Below the pieces are notes generated by a model. That model did no database searches. It saw nothing but the letters and a program-made list of their open reading frames with translations, and was not told the origin of the DNA. A program made the translations under genes and the position numbers. From a virus, in IMG/VR virus record IMGVR_UViG_3300010885_016694, positions 3,532 through 67,531 of that record: a stretch of 64,000 bases of DNA; one strand, written 5' to 3'. Positions 48,944 through 58,726 of this stretch are shown piece by piece; position 1 is the first letter of the stretch, and the number at the start of each line of letters is the position of its first letter.

Positions 48944-50572
48944 ATGATACCTTTAATTAAAAAATATAACTCAGACACAGCTTTATATGATTCTTTAGGA
49001 GAAGTTGGTAATTCTTATATATCTTTAATACAAGAAGAAAATTTTATTTATTTTTTAAAAGATACTTACGGAAAAGTTGTTAGATATAACACTATTACAG
49101 AAGAATTAAGTGTTCTTAATTTAGTATTTTCAAATGGAGGATTAGTTGGTATGCCTTTTATTGATAATTACGGTAACATAACATATCCACCAGAAAAAGA
49201 TTACATCGTAACGCCATTAGAATATGGAGAAGATGCTTTAATACCTTTAGGATTGCAAGAAAACATTCAAAATGGAGTGGCTCCAAATGAAGTTGTATTA
49301 GATAACTACATCCCAGCTAAAACAGTGTATTTAAACAATGAAACACAAGAAGTATATTCAATTTTAAAATATAAAGGATCTATATACGGATTTGATGGAT
49401 ATGATACTAAAAGGTTTGTAGATGATACAGTCTTATACATTAAAGATAATAACAAATTGATACAAGAATCTTTTGATAGAAAAATAAATACCACACATTT
49501 ATCCAGTTCTAGTGAAATTAGAGATTTTATTATAGATGATTCGTATAACTACTATGTTATTCATAACAAAAACAAGATAACAAAATTTGATAAAAATAGA
49601 ATTTTGCTTTATTCTTTTAATATATCAGCATCAACCGATAGCTTATTCAATACATTATCGGTAATGATAGACAATAAAATAGAATTATTAAAAATTGATT
49701 TAGTAAGAGAGTATACCGATAATGGATTAAACGAGTATCCTATAGTTTTGGGTAAAATAACAAATGTAACAAATCTTTTATCTGCTAATCAATTATTTTT
49801 GGCAAAAATAGATGAAACCACAAAAACAATATCTAGTTTAAATTTTTTAAGTTTAACTGCTAATTATTATTCTTTTGGTGATTCTAAAAAAGTAAATTAT
49901 AATTTAACAAATTACGAATACTTAAAAAACAAATATCCAATCAAAAAAGAGATGATATTTAAATTGACATTACAAAATGTTTATAACAATAAAGATAAAA
50001 TTAAAGTAGAAATTCCTGTAAGTATAGAAAAATTTCAATCAGAATATCATAATTTTGCTTTTAAATTAGACGGATTAGAAGGGATGATTACTTTGTTTGT
50101 AGATGGTATTAAATTTAAAACAGTTTATGTACAAAAGGGTCAATACGTTTTTCAAGATATTTTTAGTGAATCTATAAGTGTCGGGAATACATATTTTCGC
50201 AATAATATTTCATTAAGTAAACACTTAAATCAACCAAATTATTATTATGTCAACAATGCTAAAATTAAACAATTTAAATTATATAAAAAAGCATTATCGG
50301 ATAATGAAATACTGTTCCATACATATCACGGATTAACTATGGATGATTTGGTAATTTCTTTACCATGTGATCAAAGAAATGAACTTGATGGTATTGAAAG
50401 GCAGTTTAAATTGGATACTACAGGGAATAAAAGTAATAAAGTTAATGTTATTATAAGAAATTCTAAATTATCAAATAATACTTTAAAAAATGAAATGAAA
50501 GATATTTTGCTGGAGAAACTAAAGAAAATTCTTCCAATAACAACTTCAGTAAATAATATAGAATTTAAATAA
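48944..50572 (+). CDS. Virion structural protein containing the C-terminal half of a LamG-like domain
   Basis: YHNFAF...ITLFVDG...IKQFKLYKKALSDNEI. Confidence 0.6.
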   Translation: MIPLIKKYNSDTALYDSLGEVGNSYISLIQEENFIYFLKDTYGKVVRYNTITEELSVLNLVFSNGGLVGMPFIDNYGNITYPPEKDYIVTPLEYGEDALIPLGLQENIQNGVAPNEVVLDNYIPAKTVYLNNETQEVYSILKYKGSIYGFDGYDTKRFVDDTVLYIKDNNKLIQESFDRKINTTHLSSSSEIRDFIIDDSYNYYVIHNKNKITKFDKNRILLYSFNISASTDSLFNTLSVMIDNKIELLKIDLVREYTDNGLNEYPIVLGKITNVTNLLSANQLFLAKIDETTKTISSLNFLSLTANYYSFGDSKKVNYNLTNYEYLKNKYPIKKEMIFKLTLQNVYNNKDKIKVEIPVSIEKFQSEYHNFAFKLDGLEGMITLFVDGIKFKTVYVQKGQYVFQDIFSESISVGNTYFRNNISLSKHLNQPNYYYVNNAKIKQFKLYKKALSDNEILFHTYHGLTMDDLVISLPCDQRNELDGIERQFKLDTTGNKSNKVNVIIRNSKLSNNTLKNEMKDILLEKLKKILPITTSVNNIEFK

Positions 50573-50573
50573 T

Positions 50574-52493
50574 ATGCAAACTAGATTTAACTATTCTACG
50601 GGTGGCGAGTTTTTGAATTCTGATTTAACACATTATGTTGGATATTTTAATGTTAATGATAACCGAGAAGTGTATACTGGAAAATATTACACAAACACTT
50701 CTTCTAAATTACTAACATTAATAAGTGAATATTCTGCCGATTATCACAAATCCGAATATTTTAAAGACAGATATGTATTTGATGAGTTGTCTTTACCGTA
50801 TACTTTGGATGAAATATTGATCCAACCAAATGAATTGGTTGGATATACAAGTTTAAACAAAAAATTAAGATTTTTGCATGAAAATTTAATTTATATGTAT
50901 AGTAAGTTGTTCATGGGGAGCACCGATGTTCCGTATGACAAACATGTTAATACTTTGTGTAATCCAATTCGTAGTGAAGAATTTGACTGGCAAATACGAG
51001 CAAATAATTCGGTATTTGCATATAATACATTATCTAGTGTTTCGTCTTTATCGGGATTTAAGGAGTTTGATAATATGAAACGATTTGTTGTTATTCCATT
51101 TGTGTATAAGACAGGAATAAGCATATTATCTATATCTAATACTCATTTAATGGGACTTACAAGTAAAATTACAGAAAATGGGCAATTATCGGAAGCAAAT
51201 TTTACTTTATATACTGATGTAATTGATAATTTTTCTAATCAAAAATGTCAAAATTTAGAAGATATAACATGTGATGGAGAATTTTTATATATAAGCGATT
51301 CTAAAATTAATGGTGGTGGTCAGGTATTTAAATATGATATTAATTCGTATCTTACTAATGATATAATATATGAAGGAAATAGATATTTGGTAGAAACAAT
51401 AGGAGGTATAGGAGATATACAAAGAATTAATAAATTTAATGGGTGTAGTGTATTAGGATCTAGGCCAAATGAATTATGGGTTTATGATTACGGTAACAAT
51501 TCCATAAAAATTTATGATAAAAATTTTGTTTGGAAAAAAACAATAAAAATACCCTCAATAAGAAAATATAAAGTTTTGGATATACGTCATAGAATAATAA
51601 ATAATCATGTATATGTCTTATTTGAAGATAGTTATGATGGCAAAAATATACAATATGGTTTATTTGAATATGACGAATTAAATCAATTTATAAATACCTA
51701 TGTATTTGAAGATATATTATATGATGCATCTGATAAATCGTTTAAAAGAATTGCAATATCAGAACAAGATTCTAATGTATTTTATGCAATAACAAATACT
51801 ACAATATACAAAAAGTTCTTTTCAAGACCAGAAAAGACTTTTGCAGTCTTCGAAAGAGATGACTTTGCTCCAGACGATATATTTATTTATGATTATATAA
51901 ATCAAAATTGGGAAGATCTTGAAGACAACAAAACATGGAATTATACTGAATATTTTAATTTAAACTTTACAACAAATGATATCTATATATCATCTTCTGA
52001 TAAAAATAAAGACGATTTATACTTTTTAGGTAATTCTTATATATCACATTTAAACGAAAAAACTGAATATCTTTCATTATTACAGCATGATAATCTTCCA
52101 TATTATAATTTTGAAAGAATAAAGTTCGAAAATGTGGAATATAACCAATCTTGGGTCTTAAATAAAGAATTTTATAAATTATTTTCAAACATAATTCAAT
52201 TTAAAAATAATTTAAAAGGTAGGTTTTATGCTCAATTTAATAATTACGGTGATTTGGTATATAAAGATTACATATATCTTACCGATGAGGAAATTAATAC
52301 TTTAGACATAGAATTAGAATATAACTCATTTATTAATGACAATGAATTTGTTCAGCCGAATGTAATCAATAGGTTATTTAAAAAAATATATCAATTTGAA
52401 TTAAATTTATTGAATCTAACAAAAGTTAAATTAAAAAACCTCAAAACATGGGTTGATTTGGAAAATGGAACAAACATCTATCCAATTGATTAG
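50574..52493 (+). CDS. Virion structural protein with NHL-like beta-propeller
   Basis: LYISDS, GGIG...KFNG, LWVYDYGNNSIKIYD. Confidence 0.6.
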   Translation: MQTRFNYSTGGEFLNSDLTHYVGYFNVNDNREVYTGKYYTNTSSKLLTLISEYSADYHKSEYFKDRYVFDELSLPYTLDEILIQPNELVGYTSLNKKLRFLHENLIYMYSKLFMGSTDVPYDKHVNTLCNPIRSEEFDWQIRANNSVFAYNTLSSVSSLSGFKEFDNMKRFVVIPFVYKTGISILSISNTHLMGLTSKITENGQLSEANFTLYTDVIDNFSNQKCQNLEDITCDGEFLYISDSKINGGGQVFKYDINSYLTNDIIYEGNRYLVETIGGIGDIQRINKFNGCSVLGSRPNELWVYDYGNNSIKIYDKNFVWKKTIKIPSIRKYKVLDIRHRIINNHVYVLFEDSYDGKNIQYGLFEYDELNQFINTYVFEDILYDASDKSFKRIAISEQDSNVFYAITNTTIYKKFFSRPEKTFAVFERDDFAPDDIFIYDYINQNWEDLEDNKTWNYTEYFNLNFTTNDIYISSSDKNKDDLYFLGNSYISHLNEKTEYLSLLQHDNLPYYNFERIKFENVEYNQSWVLNKEFYKLFSNIIQFKNNLKGRFYAQFNNYGDLVYKDYIYLTDEEINTLDIELEYNSFINDNEFVQPNVINRLFKKIYQFELNLLNLTKVKLKNLKTWVDLENGTNIYPID

Positions 52494-52511
52494 ATATAAA
52501 TAAATACATTT

Positions 52512-53519
52512 ATGGCAGAAGAAACATCAAATAGTCTTGAATCAAAAAAAGTATCAACCACATTTAGGGGTATACTACATTTTCCTCATAGTATAGACTC
52601 ATCTTTGGCTAAACAAAGGGTATATGATGGTAAAGGTGCTGCAACCTCATTAAAGCTTGGAGGAGGAACCACAGGAGCCGATATAGAGGGTTCTGTAATA
52701 ATATCGGGAGATACTACTATACAAAATAATTTATCTTTATCGGGAAATGCTGTAGTAAAAGGTAACATTAGTTTGGTAGACGGTGGTAGTATAAATGATA
52801 TTATAGTTGGATCTACTGGAGCCGAAGTAACCACAAGAATCCAGAACACAGTTGAAACTGGTAAATTGAGAATAAGAGAATCTAATTTAAATAGTGATTA
52901 TGAAATTGTTTTTGGTAATCCAGATGATTTGACAACCCCTAGTTTATTCTCTATAAAAGTAAATAAAAATTCTGGAAACAATTTATACATTAAACATAGA
53001 CCTTTTGATTTTGATACAACATCTCCATTTTGGATAAATCAATCTACAGGAGAAGTTAATATTAAAAATTTAAAAGTATCAAATTTAATATCTTCTCCAA
53101 ATACTACAAATGGGCTTGCACCAGGTAATCAACCTTCAGATTCAAAAAGAAATATAGTACCAGTTGGATCTATTGTTATGTTTCCATCGTTAGTTGTTCC
53201 CGTAGGATGGTTTGAGTGTGATGGTAGAGAAATAAGCACAAATGATTACCCAGAATTGTTTACTATTTTGGAATATAAATATTCTACAGTAACTAGTGGT
53301 AGTTTATTTAAAGTTCCTGATTTAAGAGGTTTATTTGTTCGTGGATTAGATCACGATACAACATCTAGTGGAGGTAGCGTTGCAACTGGAAGAGATCCTG
53401 ATACTGGAAGAGACTTAAACAATATACAAACCGATGAATTTAGTAGTTTAACTAGTTCTGGTGGGGGAGCAACAACTCGTCCCAAAAACATGGCATTAGT
53501 ATATTGTATTAAATGGTAA
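52512..53519 (+). CDS. Phage tail-collar domain protein (gp10/gp12-like)
   Basis: PVGSIVMF...GWFECDG...YPELF...FKVPDLRGLFVRG...RPKNMALVYCIK. Confidence 0.88.
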   Translation: MAEETSNSLESKKVSTTFRGILHFPHSIDSSLAKQRVYDGKGAATSLKLGGGTTGADIEGSVIISGDTTIQNNLSLSGNAVVKGNISLVDGGSINDIIVGSTGAEVTTRIQNTVETGKLRIRESNLNSDYEIVFGNPDDLTTPSLFSIKVNKNSGNNLYIKHRPFDFDTTSPFWINQSTGEVNIKNLKVSNLISSPNTTNGLAPGNQPSDSKRNIVPVGSIVMFPSLVVPVGWFECDGREISTNDYPELFTILEYKYSTVTSGSLFKVPDLRGLFVRGLDHDTTSSGGSVATGRDPDTGRDLNNIQTDEFSSLTSSGGGATTRPKNMALVYCIKW

Positions 53520-53523
53520 TTAT

Positions 53524-54000
53524 ATGAAAGTCCCAAAAATTCTTAAACTAAGACGATTGAAGATTAGAAGGGGTAACGAAATTCAAAGAAAAGATGTTTT
53601 ATTTGAAGAAGGGGAACCAGTCTTTACCAAAGATAATAAAAGAGTTTATATTGGTGATAACAAAACAATAGGAGGAATTTCATCAACAACAAGAAATTAT
53701 GTTAAACCAACAGCAGAAATACCACCAGATTCAAAAAAATTCGATATAATATATGCCGAAGATAAAAAACAAGGATTAATAATAGAAAAAAATGGAAATT
53801 TGAGATCAATATTTCCTTCTTTTGTTGATTGTTGTATTAATATCAAAAAAGATATAGATATTATTGCAGCATTATTAACAAGAATGGAAATTGAGTGCTG
53901 TAATCCTGATTTGATGTTGATTAGAGATGACGAAGATAAGATATTAACTGATCAAGGTGTTTGGATTAAACTAAAAGATTATAAATATCCATCTCCATAA
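53524..54000 (+). CDS. Short fibre-anchor protein (Mtd N-terminal-like domain, coiled coil, docking peptide)
   Basis: KIRRG...FEEGEPVFTKDNKRVYIGD...GG. Confidence 0.7.
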   Translation: MKVPKILKLRRLKIRRGNEIQRKDVLFEEGEPVFTKDNKRVYIGDNKTIGGISSTTRNYVKPTAEIPPDSKKFDIIYAEDKKQGLIIEKNGNLRSIFPSFVDCCINIKKDIDIIAALLTRMEIECCNPDLMLIRDDEDKILTDQGVWIKLKDYKYPSP

Positions 54001-54012
54001 TTAAATATAATT

Positions 54013-54642
54013 ATGGGCGTTAAAATAGTAGATCTTCCAGCAATTCCAGCGACACTAAAAAATGAGGATTTGTTTCCTGTTTCAGAAGATAATTCAGGAA
54101 CTAGGGATACTTATAAAATTTCTGCACAAAGTGTAGCATCTTTTGTTAATACTGGTCCTTATCAGGCTATAAGTGATTTAGAAACTAGATTAGGATCTTC
54201 TGGTAATACAAATATTTCAAATTTACAAAATTTTTTAATTTCTAATTATCTCCCTTTAAGTGGAGGTACTATGAGAGGTGATTTGGATTTACAAAGCAAT
54301 AAATTAAAACACTTTTCTGGGGAGATAACCACAATTACCACCGAAACATTTTTAACATCAGCACACAATGGGATGATAATTTTAGTACAAAAAAGCCCAA
54401 TAGTTACTCCAGATGATCGCGTTTTATTAAAAATCAACAATGGAACATTACCTTTAGGATTTAATGCGCTTGTAATTCAAACTGGAGATATACAAGCAAA
54501 AATTTCAAATCCAGATACTAATGTTGATTTAGTAAATGCTGATAGTTCTTTATCTACTAGACAAAAATATTCCCAAATGAATGTTTGTGTGATTAAAAAG
54601 GGAACGAGAGATATGGTTTGGTTATCTGGTGATATAGTTTAA
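54013..54642 (+). CDS. Short fibre/adapter protein
   Basis: N-terminus VKIVDLP...D.FPV, one YLPLSGGTMRG repeat, ends WLSGDIV. Confidence 0.7.
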   Translation: MGVKIVDLPAIPATLKNEDLFPVSEDNSGTRDTYKISAQSVASFVNTGPYQAISDLETRLGSSGNTNISNLQNFLISNYLPLSGGTMRGDLDLQSNKLKHFSGEITTITTETFLTSAHNGMIILVQKSPIVTPDDRVLLKINNGTLPLGFNALVIQTGDIQAKISNPDTNVDLVNADSSLSTRQKYSQMNVCVIKKGTRDMVWLSGDIV

Positions 54643-54647
54643 TTTTT

Positions 54648-55793
54648 ATGATTGCTGCACCTACAGTTAGAACAATATATAAAAAGAAACAAAGAAATGT
54701 ATTGGATTTATTCTCTGTAGAAGGAGAAGGTGGTTATATGTCTCCAAATTATACGTTCATGTTTAAGTCTTCTGCATTTTTTAATAATAATATATTAACA
54801 GATGTTCAAAATATGATTGCTTCGACAAGAACAATTAAAAGTTTTACATTAGGTACTGAAACATATAATTATCTTGACAATGTATTACGAGTTTCTTTAG
54901 GAAATAATAACGAATGTGTGATGTACCGAGATGGAACAGTAGACATAAATAAAAAAACTTACAATTTTCCATATTTAAAAAGTGTAATGTATGATATAAG
55001 AGACACGTTTACTCCAAGTAGTTATGCTGGAGGTGGAAGTCAATATCAACAAATGTTGTTACTAGAAAATGGTGATTTGGTTGAAATAAATACATATACC
55101 CAAACAAATTCGATATTATTAACAGATGTTAAACAATTTATAACAAAAAACCAAGCACATAGAACTGATGCTATAATTGGTATGAATAATGGAGATATGT
55201 ATCATGTATGGGTTGGTCCTACTCCCACGGGTTCTAGTGGAAATGGCACAGCAACAGGAGTTTTAAAAATTAATGGATTAAATCACAACGATCTTCTTTT
55301 TTGTACAATAGGAGATCCACCAGCAGGAGCCACATTTTGTAAAAAAAGTGATCCACAAAATCTTTATAGATTTATTAAAGGATCTGGAACTAGTTTTAAA
55401 ATAACAGGATTTAACACAACTCCTATTGCTAGTATGGCTTTAACAGATCCAATCGAATATTATGTTGATGGTATGTCTCAAGAATTTAATTCTTTATTTT
55501 TGACAAATAAAAAATTAATACATAAACATACGGGAAGTTGGTATACTGCTGTAGATTGGGGTGCTGGAGGATGGACTAGAAGTTATGACGGAGAAACTCC
55601 TAAATTATATGCAAAAAGAATAGCAACCCCGACAGCGTATTCTATGATTGTCGAGGATATGTATGGTAAATTTTGGTTATGTAATAATGGTGGTGCGACT
55701 AGTTCGCCGGGAGGATTTAATAAACCAATAAGTTATGATTTTTTTGATACACTAAAAACTTATCTAGAACCCATAAGAGCAAAAATTAGCTAA
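54648..55793 (+). CDS. Putative tip protein, possibly an RCC1-like beta-propeller
   Basis: MYRDGTV, LLENGDLV, MNNGDMY repeats; starts MIAA. Confidence 0.55.
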   Translation: MIAAPTVRTIYKKKQRNVLDLFSVEGEGGYMSPNYTFMFKSSAFFNNNILTDVQNMIASTRTIKSFTLGTETYNYLDNVLRVSLGNNNECVMYRDGTVDINKKTYNFPYLKSVMYDIRDTFTPSSYAGGGSQYQQMLLLENGDLVEINTYTQTNSILLTDVKQFITKNQAHRTDAIIGMNNGDMYHVWVGPTPTGSSGNGTATGVLKINGLNHNDLLFCTIGDPPAGATFCKKSDPQNLYRFIKGSGTSFKITGFNTTPIASMALTDPIEYYVDGMSQEFNSLFLTNKKLIHKHTGSWYTAVDWGAGGWTRSYDGETPKLYAKRIATPTAYSMIVEDMYGKFWLCNNGGATSSPGGFNKPISYDFFDTLKTYLEPIRAKIS

Positions 55794-55804
55794 ATAATAT
55801 TCAA

Positions 55805-57778
55805 ATGATCGATAGAAGAATAGGAAAAATAAAGGTCAGAAGAGGTAAGGAAATAGAAAGGAAGCCCTTAATATTTGAAGAAGGGGAACTTATTTATTCT
55901 ATCGATAAACAGAGACTTTTTATTGGTGATGGTGTATTGCCTGGTGGTATTTTAGTTTCTAATAGAAATTATGTTTTAGTTTCTTTAGGCGTAACTACTA
56001 AAGTTATACCATCTACTGGTGTATATGGTGACATAATACACGAAACAAGTACCAATAGAACTTATATTATAGGCTATGAATCAGATAATGTAACTTTAAA
56101 GTTAATATTATTAGCAGATGGTAATTGTTGTATTAATTTACAAAATGAAATTGATGATTTGTATGCTAGATTAAGACCTTTGACGGCTTGTTTAAATTCT
56201 CAAGGACCATCAACTCCCCCACCCCCACCACCAGCAACATTTGCGTGGAGTATACAACCAGATTCTGTTGCTGGTAATGTAGGAGAATCCGTCACATTAC
56301 ATGCTAGAGCCTACGGGCCAAGTTCTATAGTATATCAATGGACTAATCTATCTACTGGAGATATTTTGGGTGCAGTTGGAGAGTATTATGCAATACCATC
56401 ATTATCACTTAGTAATATAGGAAATTATACTTGTAAAGCAACTTCAAGTTTGGGGACTATAGTTAGTAATCCAGCATCAATCACTGTTGCTGGTAATTCT
56501 ATTTTAGCAGAAACATCCGAATATATCTTAACAGAAAATGGAGATTATATAGATTGGGAAGTTAGCGTCAACGTATCTCCTAAAATAACAACTCAACCCA
56601 TAACTCAATCGACAGTAGCATTGACAAATAAAATATTTACAGTTAATGCCACGGGCACTTTACCATTAACATATCAATGGAGGATAAATGGAGTCGATAT
56701 TTCAGGAGAAACAAATAACACATATACAGCACAATCACCAACACTTGATATACTGGGTCTTACATGTAAAGTCAGCAATATTGCTGGTGAAGTTATTAGT
56801 AATTCTGTAAATTTAACAGTAGGTTCATTACCAGCTATTACCAAACAACCAACAGGCTCAACAGTATCTAAGGGAACTAAAATTACATTAGATGTAGATG
56901 CAACTGGATCTTCGCCATTAACATATCAATGGATGCGTAATGGTAGTGCAATTACAGGAGCAAATTCTGATACATATGTAATAAATTCTGGAAGTGTTAC
57001 TGATTCTGGAACTTATAAATGCGTAGTCAGTAATCCATTTGGATCAGCTACCAGTAGTGAAGTTTCGGTAGTTGTTAATAATTCTTTTGATGCTGGGGAT
57101 ATTATAATAGCAGCAGATGTTGTTGATTTTTCGTTAAAAAAAGCATTAATTAATAAAGGATGGGATCAAGTTTTACCAGTTATTGTAACTGTTACGGTTA
57201 ATAGTGGTATTAAAGTTGGATCTAGTTCAACTGCAACTGCGGCATTTAATGTTGAATCACTTCCAAGTGGCAGTACAGTAAAATTAATAAATAATGGATA
57301 TATTGTAGGAGCAGGTGGTGTTGGTGGAGGAGATGTAACAAATGGAGGTAATGGAGGTAATGCATTAAACTTATTAAGTGATATTACCATTATTAACAAT
57401 GAAACAATTGGTGGTGGTGGAGGTGGTGGAGGTGGTACTGGGCTTAATCAAAGAGGTCAGCCAGCCAGAGCTAGTTTTGGTGGTGGTGGTGGTGCAGGAC
57501 ATATAGTCGGAAAGGGTGGCGTTCAACAGGCACAATCTGGAAATTATGGTACTGCTAATATAGCAAAATCGGGGCAACTATTGCTTGGTGGGTCTGGTGG
57601 ATTAGCAATAGGTAGTACTCATGGAGGAAGTGGTGGTGCATTAGGAAAAAATGGATTTACTGCTGTAAACGAATTTAATTCTCCTGTTGGTACAGGAGGA
57701 CAAGCAGGTTATTCGATAACTGGAGTTACATATGTAACATGGATAACTAAAGGATCTATATTAGGACCGATGCAGTAA
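55805..57778 (+). CDS. Fibre protein: Mtd-N-like anchor, three Ig domains, gp38-like glycine-rich adhesin
   Basis: KVRRG..FEEGE..DKQRLFIGDG; YQW..G.Y.C Ig repeats; LINNGYIVGAGG..GGNAL...IGGGGGGGG. Confidence 0.8.
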   Translation: MIDRRIGKIKVRRGKEIERKPLIFEEGELIYSIDKQRLFIGDGVLPGGILVSNRNYVLVSLGVTTKVIPSTGVYGDIIHETSTNRTYIIGYESDNVTLKLILLADGNCCINLQNEIDDLYARLRPLTACLNSQGPSTPPPPPPATFAWSIQPDSVAGNVGESVTLHARAYGPSSIVYQWTNLSTGDILGAVGEYYAIPSLSLSNIGNYTCKATSSLGTIVSNPASITVAGNSILAETSEYILTENGDYIDWEVSVNVSPKITTQPITQSTVALTNKIFTVNATGTLPLTYQWRINGVDISGETNNTYTAQSPTLDILGLTCKVSNIAGEVISNSVNLTVGSLPAITKQPTGSTVSKGTKITLDVDATGSSPLTYQWMRNGSAITGANSDTYVINSGSVTDSGTYKCVVSNPFGSATSSEVSVVVNNSFDAGDIIIAADVVDFSLKKALINKGWDQVLPVIVTVTVNSGIKVGSSSTATAAFNVESLPSGSTVKLINNGYIVGAGGVGGGDVTNGGNGGNALNLLSDITIINNETIGGGGGGGGGTGLNQRGQPARASFGGGGGAGHIVGKGGVQQAQSGNYGTANIAKSGQLLLGGSGGLAIGSTHGGSGGALGKNGFTAVNEFNSPVGTGGQAGYSITGVTYVTWITKGSILGPMQ

Positions 57779-57813
57779 TATGCTTAGTTTATAAAATTAA
57801 TCTAAATAATTAA

Positions 57814-58725
57814 ATGGCAACCCAAATTGATGCACTAATTAAACTCCGTAGAGGACCAGATTCAGAAAGACAGTTAATAAATTTTGATTCTGGAGAAATT
57901 GTATTCTCTACGGATATCAAACGTGCATTTATTGGGAATAACGATCAAATTGGTGGTTATATTATTGGTAACCTAAATACAGTAGGCACAATACCAAGCC
58001 CATCTGCGTTACAATACGATTTATTTTATAAACCATCCATAAGCACCCTTTACATGCTTACAGCATTTAATTTAGGACCAGATTTACTTCAAAATTATGC
58101 AAGAATAACACCAGATGGGGACGGAACTACCATAAAATTTGAAAATGGAAAGTATTCTGTAATTGATTCTTTTATTTATGGTACATTAGATAGTAGATAT
58201 GTTAATGTAACGGGGGATACCATGACTGGTTCTTTGTGTATAAACAACACAACAGGCAATTCTTTAGAGGTTAACAGACCTATTAAGGTAGATTATATCA
58301 CATCAACACAGACATTGTCAATACAAAAACCAACTATTCAAATTTTTAATAATTATAGTGAAGTTGTTTCTTCTATTGATGTGAATACAACTACTCCAAT
58401 ACCAACAATAAATTTAAATCAGGCAAATAATTTTATTTTAAATTTATATGGACACTTGAGTGGATTCAATATAACAAATTGTCCTACAGAGGGGGCATCG
58501 TTTACTGTGGTGTTAAGACATAAATCAAATAATTTAAAAGTTGATTGGAAATTACAATTAAATGGTGGGTCTTTTTTAATTCCTAAATGGCAAATGGGTA
58601 GACTACCATTAACGTCTAAAGTAAATGGTTGCGAAGATGCATTTGCTTTTGCTTATATGTCTGGACAGTGGTATTGTTTTATTGCTGGTGTAAATATGAT
58701 ATCACCAATAGCAACTGTTTCATAA
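57814..58725 (+). CDS. Fibre protein: Mtd-N-like anchor plus C-terminal adapter domain
   Basis: KLRRGPD..FDSGEIVFSTDIKRAFIG; YVNVTGDTMTG; ends WYCFIAGVN. Confidence 0.75.
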   Translation: MATQIDALIKLRRGPDSERQLINFDSGEIVFSTDIKRAFIGNNDQIGGYIIGNLNTVGTIPSPSALQYDLFYKPSISTLYMLTAFNLGPDLLQNYARITPDGDGTTIKFENGKYSVIDSFIYGTLDSRYVNVTGDTMTGSLCINNTTGNSLEVNRPIKVDYITSTQTLSIQKPTIQIFNNYSEVVSSIDVNTTTPIPTINLNQANNFILNLYGHLSGFNITNCPTEGASFTVVLRHKSNNLKVDWKLQLNGGSFLIPKWQMGRLPLTSKVNGCEDAFAFAYMSGQWYCFIAGVNMISPIATVS

Positions 58726-58726
58726 T

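Noticed and set aside
50566-50576. TAAATA before 50574 as a late promoter
   Set aside because: Only 2 nt from the ATG and formed by the upstream Lys-stop codons; better explained as a coupled junction
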